Origin: a virus
DNA: 64,000 nucleotides
UHGV virus genome: UHGV-1440165
Direction: 5' to 3' (one strand)
Below are positions 17,441-26,364 of the stretch, one piece after another (the first letter of the stretch is position 1; each line of letters begins with the position of its first letter). The notes below the pieces were generated by a model that saw nothing but the letters and a program-made list of their open reading frames with translations, made no database searches and had not been told where the DNA came from. Position numbers and translations under genes: made by a program.

Positions 17441-18825
17441 TCGAAAACAGAGAGACCCAAGACGGTATCGTAACGCCGTCGACAACATTTGACCTGAAGT
17501 ACATGGCGATCCTCCCTCACACCCCTCAGGGCGGTACACCAACGCCATATGACCTGACGGCGTTGTTTGAGGAGTTCAACGTCTTCCAGGATCTGGGTCT
17601 TGAGGGGCAGGCTTCCCCGTCTCTGACAGCCAACATCCTGATCAAAGAAGGTTGGGACATCCTGGACACAATGCCTATCCTGGGTGGTGAAGAGGTTGTG
17701 GTGTCGTTCAAGAGTCCGGCGGCCTCCGATTACACCACTCTCTCCCTGCGTGTCAGCCGGGTAGGGCGCGTGGCCGATGAATCCAACAGTTCGTCCAAGA
17801 AGGCATTCTGGCTTCACCTCGTGACGTCTGATGCCTACAAGGACAGTATGATCCGTTGCTCTCTTGGACTGAGTGGTTCATACTCTGAGATGGCACTGAC
17901 GATATTCAATCAGCTGGAGTCTCGTACGAAGTTTGAAGACATCGACCCAACGTATGGCATCCAAGAGCGGTTCGCCACCCCTCTTTGGCCTGTACTGCGG
18001 TCCATCGACTACATGGCAAGCCGTTCTTATGACGAGTTGTTCATGCCGTTCGTGTTCTATGAGGACTTCAATGGCTACCACTTCAAAAGCCTGACGACAT
18101 TGTTCAATCAGGGTAGCCAGTCACTGACAGCCGAAGAGAAGCAGGAGCTGGCTCAGCAGAACAAATTGTTCCGTGATCCTCAGGACGCGCCGCTCATGCA
18201 GGACAACAACTTCAACTCTGAGCGCTTCATGCGCACGATCATCAAGGCAGAGAAGAAGCTGGCACGTGACCAGTACATGGCCAACTACCGTGACATCCTG
18301 GCAGTGAACGAACGTGTTTACGACTTTGAGACCAAGACTGTAACGCCGACCCAGCGCATCTACACCGAGTGGTTCGCAGAGACTGCTCACCTGGATCCGT
18401 TCCCAATGTTCTCCGATGAATTTGATCGCCAGAACGTCCGTTACATCGAAGCGCAGCCGGACGGCGCGGAGCAGATCGATTATGCGCGCCGGGTGATTAA
18501 CTTCAGTCTTGGCAGCACTGCGATGCGTCTGCTGTTGGTGGGTGATAACCGCCTGAACGTTGGTCGTGTGTTCTATATCGAAGATCAGTCCAACCGTCCT
18601 AAGAAGAATGAAAACCTGGCAGAGTTAAGTAAGTTATCGACAGGTCATTATATCGTGACGAAGGTTCGTCACAAGATATCAAGGCTGACCAAGGACTATC
18701 AGTGTATCGCTGAAATCGCCAAAGACAGTATGCTGGAGCAGGTGTTGCCACCACAAACCAATCAGACCACCGCTTCCACCACTACTCCGACGCCGATTGA
18801 AAAAGGGCAGTCTCAGAAAGTTTAA
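17437..18825 (+). CDS. 27: Baseplate hub protein (gp27-like)
   Basis: 462 aa; FMPFVFYEDFNGY motif and Ser/Thr-rich C-terminus as in T4 gp27; precedes a gp29-like gene. Confidence 0.5.
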   Translation: MIENRETQDGIVTPSTTFDLKYMAILPHTPQGGTPTPYDLTALFEEFNVFQDLGLEGQASPSLTANILIKEGWDILDTMPILGGEEVVVSFKSPAASDYTTLSLRVSRVGRVADESNSSSKKAFWLHLVTSDAYKDSMIRCSLGLSGSYSEMALTIFNQLESRTKFEDIDPTYGIQERFATPLWPVLRSIDYMASRSYDELFMPFVFYEDFNGYHFKSLTTLFNQGSQSLTAEEKQELAQQNKLFRDPQDAPLMQDNNFNSERFMRTIIKAEKKLARDQYMANYRDILAVNERVYDFETKTVTPTQRIYTEWFAETAHLDPFPMFSDEFDRQNVRYIEAQPDGAEQIDYARRVINFSLGSTAMRLLLVGDNRLNVGRVFYIEDQSNRPKKNENLAELSKLSTGHYIVTKVRHKISRLTKDYQCIAEIAKDSMLEQVLPPQTNQTTASTTTPTPIEKGQSQKV

Positions 18826-18836
18826 TGAGGTGAATC

Positions 18837-20783
18837 ATGGCAGATCCGGCACAGAACACACAAGCCGACGTCGTCAAAGTTCTAGACAAGATCAAAGCGG
18901 AGATGATGCAACGCAAACAACTCCGCGCCCAGAACGAGACGAACAAACAATTGGAGAGGATGAATCGTAACCTCTCCAAGCTGGAGTCGGCCTCCAAACA
19001 GGACAAGAAAGCGGCTGAGAAGCCGTTTGAGATCCGCTTCCCGACTGTCGCTGAGATTGTGTCGGGCTTCGCTCGCATGTCCCCTATCTTCACCAGGGAC
19101 TTCGGCGCGTGGATGAAGGACACCACCGACATCGGGGCTGAAGGCAACCGTGAACTGGAAAACATCGCTGGCAAGATCGATCGCCTGGGTGACATCACGC
19201 GCATGCCGACAGACGACACGTCCCTGGAATATCTGAACCTGATTTCAGATCAGCTCAAGTCTGCAAACGATGATACGCTGAAGCGCATGGATGAACAGGG
19301 GCAGTCTCTCACTCGCACCAGTTCGTTCTTGAATATGATCGATGGCGTGTTGATCGAAATCCGTGATGACGCTGCCGACCTCAAAAAGAACTCTGACGAG
19401 AGCCTGACTCGCCTGTCCAGCATTGAAAACAAGATCGGGCGCGTTGGCGGTCACATCGTTGGAGCGCTTCAGCGCATCTTTGATAGCGATGAAAAGGCAC
19501 GTGAAAAAGAAGAGATGCGTCAGGGTGAGACCAGTAAAGAAACAGGAGGCCACCCACAGGCGGGTTCCGTCATTCCAAAGGATGATGATCAGAAAGACAA
19601 TTCTTCCGGCGGCGGAGCACTGGCGGCGATTGCTGGGTTGCTCGGCCTGAATGCTATCAAAGGTCTGCTGACCAAGCCGATGGGCATGTTCCTGCGCTTC
19701 TTCAAAGGGTTTGGCAAAATGGAGTTCGGTATCAGCAAACTCCTTGGACCTCTGGGTAAGGTCACCAGGTTCCTCAAAGTTGGACCACTGGCGCTCCTAT
19801 CATCCGCTATTGACTTCGGTAAAGGGTTCATCAATGCCAAAGAGATCCTTGGCAAGTCTGAGGTAACGATTGTCGACAGAGTCCGAGCGGGTTCTGTAGA
19901 AATCATGGGAGGGTTCGGAGACCTGGTAGACTGGGTGGCGGGTATCTTCGGATTCAACACGACGTTCGGAAAAGACTTCCGTAACATCTGGCTGAAGATC
20001 ACAGAGGCTCCAACCAAATGGGCACAGTCTATCGTTGACTGGTTCTCTAATGGTCTGTTCTCGGGAATTACCAAGGATACATCCTTAACCGATATCCCTG
20101 GCAAACTGGCTGACAACCTGCAGACCGAGCTGAAGAAATTGGTTGATTGGATCTCTGGGGGCATCAGTTCTTTCGTTGATGAAGGTATTGGTGTCGCCAA
20201 CAAAGTGATCGACGATATCAAGAAAGGATTCGCCGAGAACGTGAAGAAGCCGTTCTTCAACATGTTGAACGCTATCACGAATGCCATGTTTGACATCGTG
20301 GACAAGTTCGTCAGTATCATCCCTGATTCACTGGGTGGCAAGGCGGCACAGCAGAAGATGGACGAGGCTCGCAAGTCAATGCAGATCGGCGTGGACGAAA
20401 CTCCTCCGGCAAACGCGCCTGTTGAATCTCAACCGCAGACACCGCCTCAGCCGAATATTGATCCACAGACGCTGACTCCGATGCCAACTGGGGTGTCTTC
20501 AGATTACAAGAATGTGACTGACGAACGCGCCTCTCAGCTGAAGGAAGCGTATGGTTCTATCGGCGGGGGTTCACTGGGCGCGGCCATGCCAACACAAGGC
20601 AGAGCGCTATCCAACATTGAGCAGGTTCAGGGTGGATATGCTCCGCCTCCGGCAAGCGTTGTCATGCCTGTGCAGCAGAACGTCGATGCGTCCAAGAAGG
20701 TCAACACGACGAACAACTTCAACAGCAGTACTCTGGAGCCGACCAACAAGACAGACAATGGTCGAATCCTCTGGGATTGGTGA
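18837..20783 (+). CDS. 29: Baseplate hub / tail length tape-measure-like protein (gp29-like)
   Basis: 648 aa; N-terminal coiled coil, Gly-rich hydrophobic segments (SSGGGALAAIAGLLGL), Pro/Gln-rich C-terminus. Confidence 0.5.
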   Translation: MADPAQNTQADVVKVLDKIKAEMMQRKQLRAQNETNKQLERMNRNLSKLESASKQDKKAAEKPFEIRFPTVAEIVSGFARMSPIFTRDFGAWMKDTTDIGAEGNRELENIAGKIDRLGDITRMPTDDTSLEYLNLISDQLKSANDDTLKRMDEQGQSLTRTSSFLNMIDGVLIEIRDDAADLKKNSDESLTRLSSIENKIGRVGGHIVGALQRIFDSDEKAREKEEMRQGETSKETGGHPQAGSVIPKDDDQKDNSSGGGALAAIAGLLGLNAIKGLLTKPMGMFLRFFKGFGKMEFGISKLLGPLGKVTRFLKVGPLALLSSAIDFGKGFINAKEILGKSEVTIVDRVRAGSVEIMGGFGDLVDWVAGIFGFNTTFGKDFRNIWLKITEAPTKWAQSIVDWFSNGLFSGITKDTSLTDIPGKLADNLQTELKKLVDWISGGISSFVDEGIGVANKVIDDIKKGFAENVKKPFFNMLNAITNAMFDIVDKFVSIIPDSLGGKAAQQKMDEARKSMQIGVDETPPANAPVESQPQTPPQPNIDPQTLTPMPTGVSSDYKNVTDERASQLKEAYGSIGGGSLGAAMPTQGRALSNIEQVQGGYAPPPASVVMPVQQNVDASKKVNTTNNFNSSTLEPTNKTDNGRILWDW

Positions 20784-21443
20784 TTAGATTCCGTGGGCTT
20801 GGATTAGCTCACGGAGTCTCACTTTCGAGTACGTCGTATCCTCATCCGGCACCACAGCATTCGTCTTCCTGAGCAAGAACGCCTCAGAGTTCCAGTAGAT
20901 GTCCTCCCGCAGTTGTGTGTCATACAGGTGGATGAACCCCACGATCTTATTCAGGCCAACCAGGAACCACATCGGGAACCGCTTGGTGATGATGTCTGTC
21001 AGTAGCGCCGGGTGCCCCTGGCCTGTACCCTTCACATAATCAATGAACGACAGGTTGCGCTCTTTGATAGCCGGGATCATCTCCCGCTCGAACTCCTCAA
21101 GGAAGTTGTACGTGAAGTTGTCGTACAGCTTGCGGTATTCATCATAATTCGATTGCGCCTGACGGGTAAGCAACGTCGTCACCCAGGTCTTTGGAGACTT
21201 GATGAAGTTGGCAATGATGTAGTTCTCCACCACTTCACCCTGGGATGTTTCGAACCGACGAGCGAGGCGAGCAAACTGTTTGCACACGGCTTCCTTCGCC
21301 AAGAAGGTTTCGAACTTGTAGTTCATCGGCCCATACAAACTGTAGTCGAAGTCCTTAGTGGTGAAGTGCAGCTTAATCGCCATGAAGACACAATACACGT
21401 TGAACGCCCGTTCATATTCCATCTTCTGCCACTCTGTCAGCAT
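20784..21443 (-). CDS. 59: Helicase loader (T4 gp59-like)
   Basis: 219 aa; N-terminal AFNVYCVFMAIKLHFTTKDFD resembles gp59 (KSVYKLYLMIKQHMNGKYD). Confidence 0.6.
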   Translation of the reverse strand: MLTEWQKMEYERAFNVYCVFMAIKLHFTTKDFDYSLYGPMNYKFETFLAKEAVCKQFARLARRFETSQGEVVENYIIANFIKSPKTWVTTLLTRQAQSNYDEYRKLYDNFTYNFLEEFEREMIPAIKERNLSFIDYVKGTGQGHPALLTDIITKRFPMWFLVGLNKIVGFIHLYDTQLREDIYWNSEAFLLRKTNAVVPDEDTTYSKVRLRELIQAHGI

Positions 21444-21604
21444 TCGCGTTTCCTCAGGTTATTGGCGGCGCGGCGTTTTTGGTTTCGTGCCCTGCAGTAT
21501 TCTTCAAATTCTGCACGCAGACCTTTCAACTGAATGAACGCGTATGCATCGGCCAACATACGAACCAGTTTGCGAGGATTGTAAGATTTATCTTTGATCA
21601 GCAT
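21437..21604 (-). CDS. Small basic protein, hypothetical (below ORF-track cutoff)
   Basis: 55-aa ORF MLIKDKSYNPRKLVRML...; ATG overlaps upstream stop and its TGA overlaps the gp59 start. Confidence 0.25.
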   Translation of the reverse strand: MLIKDKSYNPRKLVRMLADAYAFIQLKGLRAEFEEYCRARNQKRRAANNLRKREC

Positions 21605-21939
21605 TTGCGCTTCCTCTTATTTCGCCCAGCTTCTACATCATTTAATTTTAGCCAGTTGGTCTCCTTGATATCAGAAGACCCCCAGCCCTGAGATTCATGG
21701 TGTTTGATGTATTTCATCAACTCTGACATGAGGTTCAGTTCGTGAATAAACCGCAACACCAGCATGAACCGCTTGAAGGAAACAGGAATCTGGCGATATC
21801 CCATCACCCAATGGTTCACCACGTTAGAGCATGACAACGCCCTTGTCAGTGCGCTCTGGTTCATCCCCATCATCTTCAGGAATTTCAATAGGAACAAAGA
21901 GTCGTTATTTTCCTTGACTTTCCGGAGTTCTGAAATCAT
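21598..21939 (-). CDS. Hypothetical protein with HTH-like segment
   Basis: MNQSALTRALSCSNVVNHWVMGY resembles an XRE-type helix-turn-helix; start may be internal (about 21873). Confidence 0.35.
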   Translation of the reverse strand: MISELRKVKENNDSLFLLKFLKMMGMNQSALTRALSCSNVVNHWVMGYRQIPVSFKRFMLVLRFIHELNLMSELMKYIKHHESQGWGSSDIKETNWLKLNDVEAGRNKRKRKC

Positions 21940-22162
21940 GATATCGTTCCGCTAATGTCTTGTAATGTTTGTCAGGATTATACTCCTGTTTGGAATAGTG
22001 AAGAGTAAGGGAAGCACTCAGACCGATGATCATCACGGCAATGAGCACCTTGTGGTTCTTGATGTCAGGAATAGCTATCCACACCAGCACCATCACAAGC
22101 GAGCTGACAATCAAGGACAGCAGGAAAGTTAATGACAACACCAATGCGAATAGCTCGTCCAT
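21905..22162 (-). CDS. Small membrane protein
   Basis: Two predicted TM helices; 85 aa. Confidence 0.35.
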   Translation of the reverse strand: MDELFALVLSLTFLLSLIVSSLVMVLVWIAIPDIKNHKVLIAVMIIGLSASLTLHYSKQEYNPDKHYKTLAERYHDFRTPESQGK

Positions 22163-22166
22163 CAGA

Positions 22167-22424
22167 TCACCCTTGTGTGCGATGTGTTAGCAAGAGACTT
22201 CTGCGATCGATTTTCTTAGAAGACTCTACCATGTCAGCCAAGCGCTGTCGAAGGACTTCTTCGCCAGGGATTGGACCAGCTTTCAAGAATTCACGGGCTT
22301 CCGGGAACTCAGTTTCGGGCAGTGTATCCAGGATCTGCTTCAGGAAACAGATTGCCTGCATACGATGGCCATCGAACTGGAGGGCAAGATCCCTCCATTT
22401 CAGTTCAGTGCTGTCTTTGCTCAT
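22167..22424 (-). CDS. Hypothetical protein
   Basis: 85-aa ORF coupled (ATGA) to the ligase stop. Confidence 0.4.
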   Translation of the reverse strand: MSKDSTELKWRDLALQFDGHRMQAICFLKQILDTLPETEFPEAREFLKAGPIPGEEVLRQRLADMVESSKKIDRRSLLLTHRTQG

Positions 22425-23848
22425 GTTGCAGACTCCAACAGGAACGCGATGTTTTCGATGTATGCTTTCTGAATCGCGTAGACTTCATCCAGCGTGTTGG
22501 CCACTTTCTTGTCGATGCGGATTTCGGCAAGGCGTGGCAGGAACAGGGACTTCAGTGCATCATCTGTCTTATCCTGTACGCCATTAGAGAGCACTGCGGC
22601 GATCTTACCAATGTAGTCGCCCTGGTTCTCCCACATACGGAGTCTCAGCTCATCTGAGATCCCTGAGACGCCAACGACGAGCAAGCCATCGGAAGTCTTA
22701 CACAGCAGGGAGCCAAAGGTCTTGGCGTGTTTGCCTTTCTTGTCGGCATCATTGAAGCCCACGATTTCAAGGTCACACTCAACCTCCATCTTCAGCTTCA
22801 GACCTTCGGAGGAAGTCCCATCTTCCCACGGCATGTCAGCAGCCTTACAGATCGTGCCTTCTTCTTTACGAGCCAGCGCGTCTTTGAAGTGATCGACAGC
22901 TTCGGCAAACGAGTGAACAACACGGGTTTCCTGGACCTGAACCAGGCCGTCTTCTTCATCAAACAGCTGCTGGATGATATCGAAGCGGCGCTCATACGGA
23001 GTGTCCACGCGCTGGGCATTGAACCATTGTTCGTAAGGAACAACGTCCCACACCCGGTAGATCACCTGGTAACGATCTTCTAGAGGCTCACCCGTCTGGA
23101 TCACGCTGTTGAGTTTGCCGTTGCCAACAGCGCGAGGCAGGATTGTATTGGCCTTGAGGTCGATGACCAACAGCTCACCATGGAAGACGCTTTCACCAAT
23201 CCCTGCGTCGTAGATGATGTCCTTGAACACCAGTGACAGATTGTCGACCGAACCGCCTGCGATAAGCGAACCGGAGCGAGAGCGGATTTCAGGCGCTTTG
23301 TTGTAACGACAGATGATGTTGGCGAACATGCCGTCTGACTTCAGCTGGCTGTAGACGCCGCGCTTGAAGTCCATCTTCTTGAGCAGTTCAATCGTCATGT
23401 TGTCGTAACGATGATACGGAAGGATGTTGATCAGGCGACCTGTGCCCCCGGCGGCGTTAAATGCGGCGTTGATACCCTTCTCGGCAATACCCGCCTTGAT
23501 ATCACGGTCCAGGATCATCTGGATGAGTTCGTGATACTGTGGGTCCATCTTCAGGGCAACCGACGCCAGCAGGGAGTCGGCCTTTTGGCCACCGACAAGG
23601 CGCTGTGCCATCTGGTCGAGGACGTCATAGACTTCGCTGATGTCATCAGTCTTTTCACGCACGAGCATGCGAGGGTACGCGCTGAGTTTCAGTTCAGTGC
23701 GATAGAAAGACGTCATTGGGTCATAGACGTATTGCAGGAAGTCTGCCATGTCTGGACAATTCTTGAACGCTTCGGTCAACACAGCTTTCTTCGCATTGCT
23801 GCCTTTGGCTTCTCGAAGTCGGTGAACTGTTGCAAGGATAGGGATCAT
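22421..23848 (-). CDS. 30: ATP-dependent DNA ligase (T4 gp30-like)
   Basis: 475 aa; adenylation motif KSDG (YSQLKSDGMF) and nucleotidyltransferase/OB architecture. Confidence 0.85.
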   Translation of the reverse strand: MIPILATVHRLREAKGSNAKKAVLTEAFKNCPDMADFLQYVYDPMTSFYRTELKLSAYPRMLVREKTDDISEVYDVLDQMAQRLVGGQKADSLLASVALKMDPQYHELIQMILDRDIKAGIAEKGINAAFNAAGGTGRLINILPYHRYDNMTIELLKKMDFKRGVYSQLKSDGMFANIICRYNKAPEIRSRSGSLIAGGSVDNLSLVFKDIIYDAGIGESVFHGELLVIDLKANTILPRAVGNGKLNSVIQTGEPLEDRYQVIYRVWDVVPYEQWFNAQRVDTPYERRFDIIQQLFDEEDGLVQVQETRVVHSFAEAVDHFKDALARKEEGTICKAADMPWEDGTSSEGLKLKMEVECDLEIVGFNDADKKGKHAKTFGSLLCKTSDGLLVVGVSGISDELRLRMWENQGDYIGKIAAVLSNGVQDKTDDALKSLFLPRLAEIRIDKKVANTLDEVYAIQKAYIENIAFLLESAT

Positions 23849-23903
23849 GTAATGTCTCCAGGGTTATATGTGCTGCTATTATAACCCTGGGGACTTCAAT
23901 AGA

Positions 23904-24089
23904 TTATTGGCGGCGGGATCTTGCCTGGCTGACAATGATGTCGATGTTCGATTGTGGTTTCTTTTTCTTTTTCTTACGAGGCATCAGAGAGTGATATGCG
24001 ACGTAGAGGAACAAGAACATAATCAGACCACAACCGGTGAGTGCGCAACCGACCAGACCCGCAGTCAAAACCATTTCAAAAGTCGTCAT
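23904..24089 (-). CDS. Small single-pass membrane protein (tandem paralog 3)
   Basis: MTTFEMVLTAGLVGCALTGCG... TM helix plus poly-Lys tail; SD GAGGAAG; internal Met of the 127-aa ORF-track read-through. Confidence 0.4.
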   Translation of the reverse strand: MTTFEMVLTAGLVGCALTGCGLIMFLFLYVAYHSLMPRKKKKKKPQSNIDIIVSQARSRRQ

Positions 24090-24253
24090 TTGCGTCTTCC
24101 TCGAGCTTTGTTCACTATGTGGTCGATACTTTCCTTCCGAAACTTCGATTTCAGAACACCGATAGCCCCAGATGCGTGGAGTGCTATAGCAATCGCCACT
24201 AATATGGCCGGAGAAGCCCCGACCAGACCCGCCAAAAAGTGTTCCAGCGTCAT
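24086..24253 (-). CDS. Small single-pass membrane protein (tandem paralog 2)
   Basis: 55-aa ORF MTLEHFLAGLVGASPAILVAIAIAL...; near-identical RBS/start region to the 24089 start; ATGA coupling. Confidence 0.4.
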   Translation of the reverse strand: MTLEHFLAGLVGASPAILVAIAIALHASGAIGVLKSKFRKESIDHIVNKARGRRK

Positions 24254-24429
24254 CTGCGTCTCCTCCGAGCGTTCTCCACAATCGCATAGATGTCCCAGCC
24301 AGTACGGCGGTTTTTGCGCTTAATGCGCCACTCGTGGAACTTTGCGTCCAGGTTGTGGGAATTCAGCATTACCATCACGATACACACAGCTGTGGTGATC
24401 AATGAGAACAACTTCATATATTCCATCAT
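24250..24429 (-). CDS. Small single-pass membrane protein (tandem paralog 1)
   Basis: 59-aa ORF MMEYMKLFSLITTAVCIVMVM... with Arg-rich tail; SD GGAGGGG; overlaps both neighbours. Confidence 0.4.
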   Translation of the reverse strand: MMEYMKLFSLITTAVCIVMVMLNSHNLDAKFHEWRIKRKNRRTGWDIYAIVENARRRRR

Positions 24430-24989
24430 AACCCCTCCGCCCAGACAAACCCATACTTGTTCAGCAGATCCACGTTCTGTCCACGGGCGCGAGCCACGAT
24501 GGTTTCAATGGCTTCTTCTACCTCGAGTGGCGGGCACCCGGCGTCCACGTATGTGTTGAATAAGTGTTCTAATTCCTTTATGAACCCGGATTGTTCGTCT
24601 TTACCAAAGAACCAAACCCTGGCATCAGTTTCCTTGCCATCTTGGTCGATGGAGGCCATGTACATATACAAATGCGTTTTTCTTTGGGTGATACCCCTTA
24701 CTTCAGGCCAGTGCAATCCGTTCATGACATAATTGAAAAACTCTACGGGAGTGATGTCATCTGATACATAATAAAGCCGGAAGTCTGTGTCCGTTTCACC
24801 ATGCTTGGAAATCCTTCCGCTCAATAATTTAGAGATATTCACCCTTCGGCGAGTCCCATAAAATGTCTTGGATTTGAATTTACTGATGCCATCGGAAATG
24901 AAGCGACGCCCGAATACAATGACGGACATAACCCAAATAACACCCAAGATTATGGTGCTGAGGTCAACGTTGAACATAAGATCCCCCAA
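24426..24989 (-). CDS. Membrane-anchored protein, hypothetical
   Basis: N-terminal TM helix (LSTIILGVIWVMSVIVFG) then a soluble domain; 187 aa. Confidence 0.45.
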   Translation of the reverse strand: MGDLMFNVDLSTIILGVIWVMSVIVFGRRFISDGISKFKSKTFYGTRRRVNISKLLSGRISKHGETDTDFRLYYVSDDITPVEFFNYVMNGLHWPEVRGITQRKTHLYMYMASIDQDGKETDARVWFFGKDEQSGFIKELEHLFNTYVDAGCPPLEVEEAIETIVARARGQNVDLLNKYGFVWAEGL

Positions 24990-25019
24990 AATGATTGAGG
25001 GGCTTTCGCCCCTCTGGTG

Positions 25020-25631
25020 TTACTTGGCAGCCAGGCTGGCGAGGTAGTTGTCGGCTTCGATAGACGACGGGCTGTTGGCCGAGTAGCTCGAGTCGGCGAT
25101 TTCGGTTTCGCGCAGGATGGCATCGATATCGATAGTGGTCATGCCAGCAGCATAATCGATGTCTTCAGGGAGTACCAGACCCATATTGCTGGTTTCTTTC
25201 TGAACACGGACCAGCTCGAGGTTGGACTTCACTTCGTCCAGTTTGTCACCCAGCTGGATGATCGCTTCGTTCAGCTTGCCGCTGCTCGCTTCGATGTCCT
25301 TCACCTGAGCCAACAGGGCTTCGCCAATACGGCGGCGATGCAGAACGATCAGGGCTTCTGAACGTGCGGGCTTGCCACCACGGGCGATAGCGTCTTTCAG
25401 AATCTGCTCACGCTTGGTGGCCTCACCCAGGTTCTCTTCGGCGGTCTTCTTCAGCTTGACGCCGTTGCGGACGTTGGCGACACGGGCTTCTTCCAGGCGA
25501 CGGATTTCATCAGACAGCTTACGAGCAGCCAGGTTCAGGCGCTTTTCGGTGTCGGTCAGTTTATCCAGACCTGCAGTGACGTTGGCTTCAACAGTGGTGA
25601 AGATGCGTTTCAGTAAGTTTTTCAGTGACAT
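25020..25631 (-). CDS. PspA/IM30-like coiled-coil protein (candidate)
   Basis: IFTTVEANVTAGLDKLTDTEKRL resembles the PspA N-terminus ([26 protein letters not shown]); helical coiled-coil composition; about 200 aa. Confidence 0.45.
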   Translation of the reverse strand: MSLKNLLKRIFTTVEANVTAGLDKLTDTEKRLNLAARKLSDEIRRLEEARVANVRNGVKLKKTAEENLGEATKREQILKDAIARGGKPARSEALIVLHRRRIGEALLAQVKDIEASSGKLNEAIIQLGDKLDEVKSNLELVRVQKETSNMGLVLPEDIDYAAGMTTIDIDAILRETEIADSSYSANSPSSIEADNYLASLAAK

Positions 25632-25690
25632 TAGTGTAGTCCTCGTTTGTGTAAGTTCCCATGTATTATATGGGCGAATCGTTTATTGAA

Positions 25691-26038
25691 TTATTTGTTA
25701 TGAAATCCCAGAGTCTTGCGGACTTCTTCCCGGCATTTGGTGTCGAGCTGAACCGCCGCGCGATTAATCCGACGCCTGTAGTGTCGGGTAAGAGCTTTAT
25801 ACACAGCCTTGGATTCATGGTATGGCAGACAGTTGGAACAGAACCCGATATCGACCCTGTAGCCTGCGTTGCTGTTAACCGTGTAAGCATATACTCTGAC
25901 ACCGTTATAGATCACAGCGTCGATCCCGACCAGCCGCTCTCCGTTCCATTCAACGTCATCAGCGTCGATCGCATCAATCAGACAACGGATTTCGGCGCTC
26001 AGAGGCTTGCCCAACAACCAGTTGAAATACTTGCGCAT
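25691..26038 (-). CDS. Hypothetical protein
   Basis: 115-aa ORF. Confidence 0.4.
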   Translation of the reverse strand: MRKYFNWLLGKPLSAEIRCLIDAIDADDVEWNGERLVGIDAVIYNGVRVYAYTVNSNAGYRVDIGFCSNCLPYHESKAVYKALTRHYRRRINRAAVQLDTKCREEVRKTLGFHNK

Positions 26039-26039
26039 G

Positions 26040-26255
26040 TCACTTCCTCATCAGTGAAAGCAGGTTGACCGTAGCAGGGCGCGCATCAGGGGCGTAGAAG
26101 ACGTCCTGAGAGTGCCTCTTACAGCACGGGCAATCCTTCGTGGCGATTACACAGGGAGCCTTGTCCACGGCAAACCCGGCGGCTTCGGCTTCCTTCACGG
26201 TGGTGAATGGCAGGTAAGCACTTGTGCCCTGCCCTCCGCATGAACATTCCATCAA
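26040..26255 (-). CDS. Small Cys-rich protein, hypothetical
   Basis: 71 aa with CSCGG ... CPCCK. Confidence 0.35.
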   Translation of the reverse strand: MMECSCGGQGTSAYLPFTTVKEAEAAGFAVDKAPCVIATKDCPCCKRHSQDVFYAPDARPATVNLLSLMRK

Positions 26256-26364
26256 CGTTTCCTCTTAAAGGGGATGATCAGAGCTATGATGACAAGCATA
26301 GCTGTAATCACCCCGCATGCTATCAGACCAAAGGCGAACGACTTCAGAACAAACTCAATCAAAT

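Noticed and set aside
23904-24287. 127-aa ORF 23904-24287 as a single gene
   Set aside because: Its N-terminal two-thirds is an alternate-frame read-through across the second small membrane gene; the real units are three short coupled ORFs with their own ribosome-binding sites
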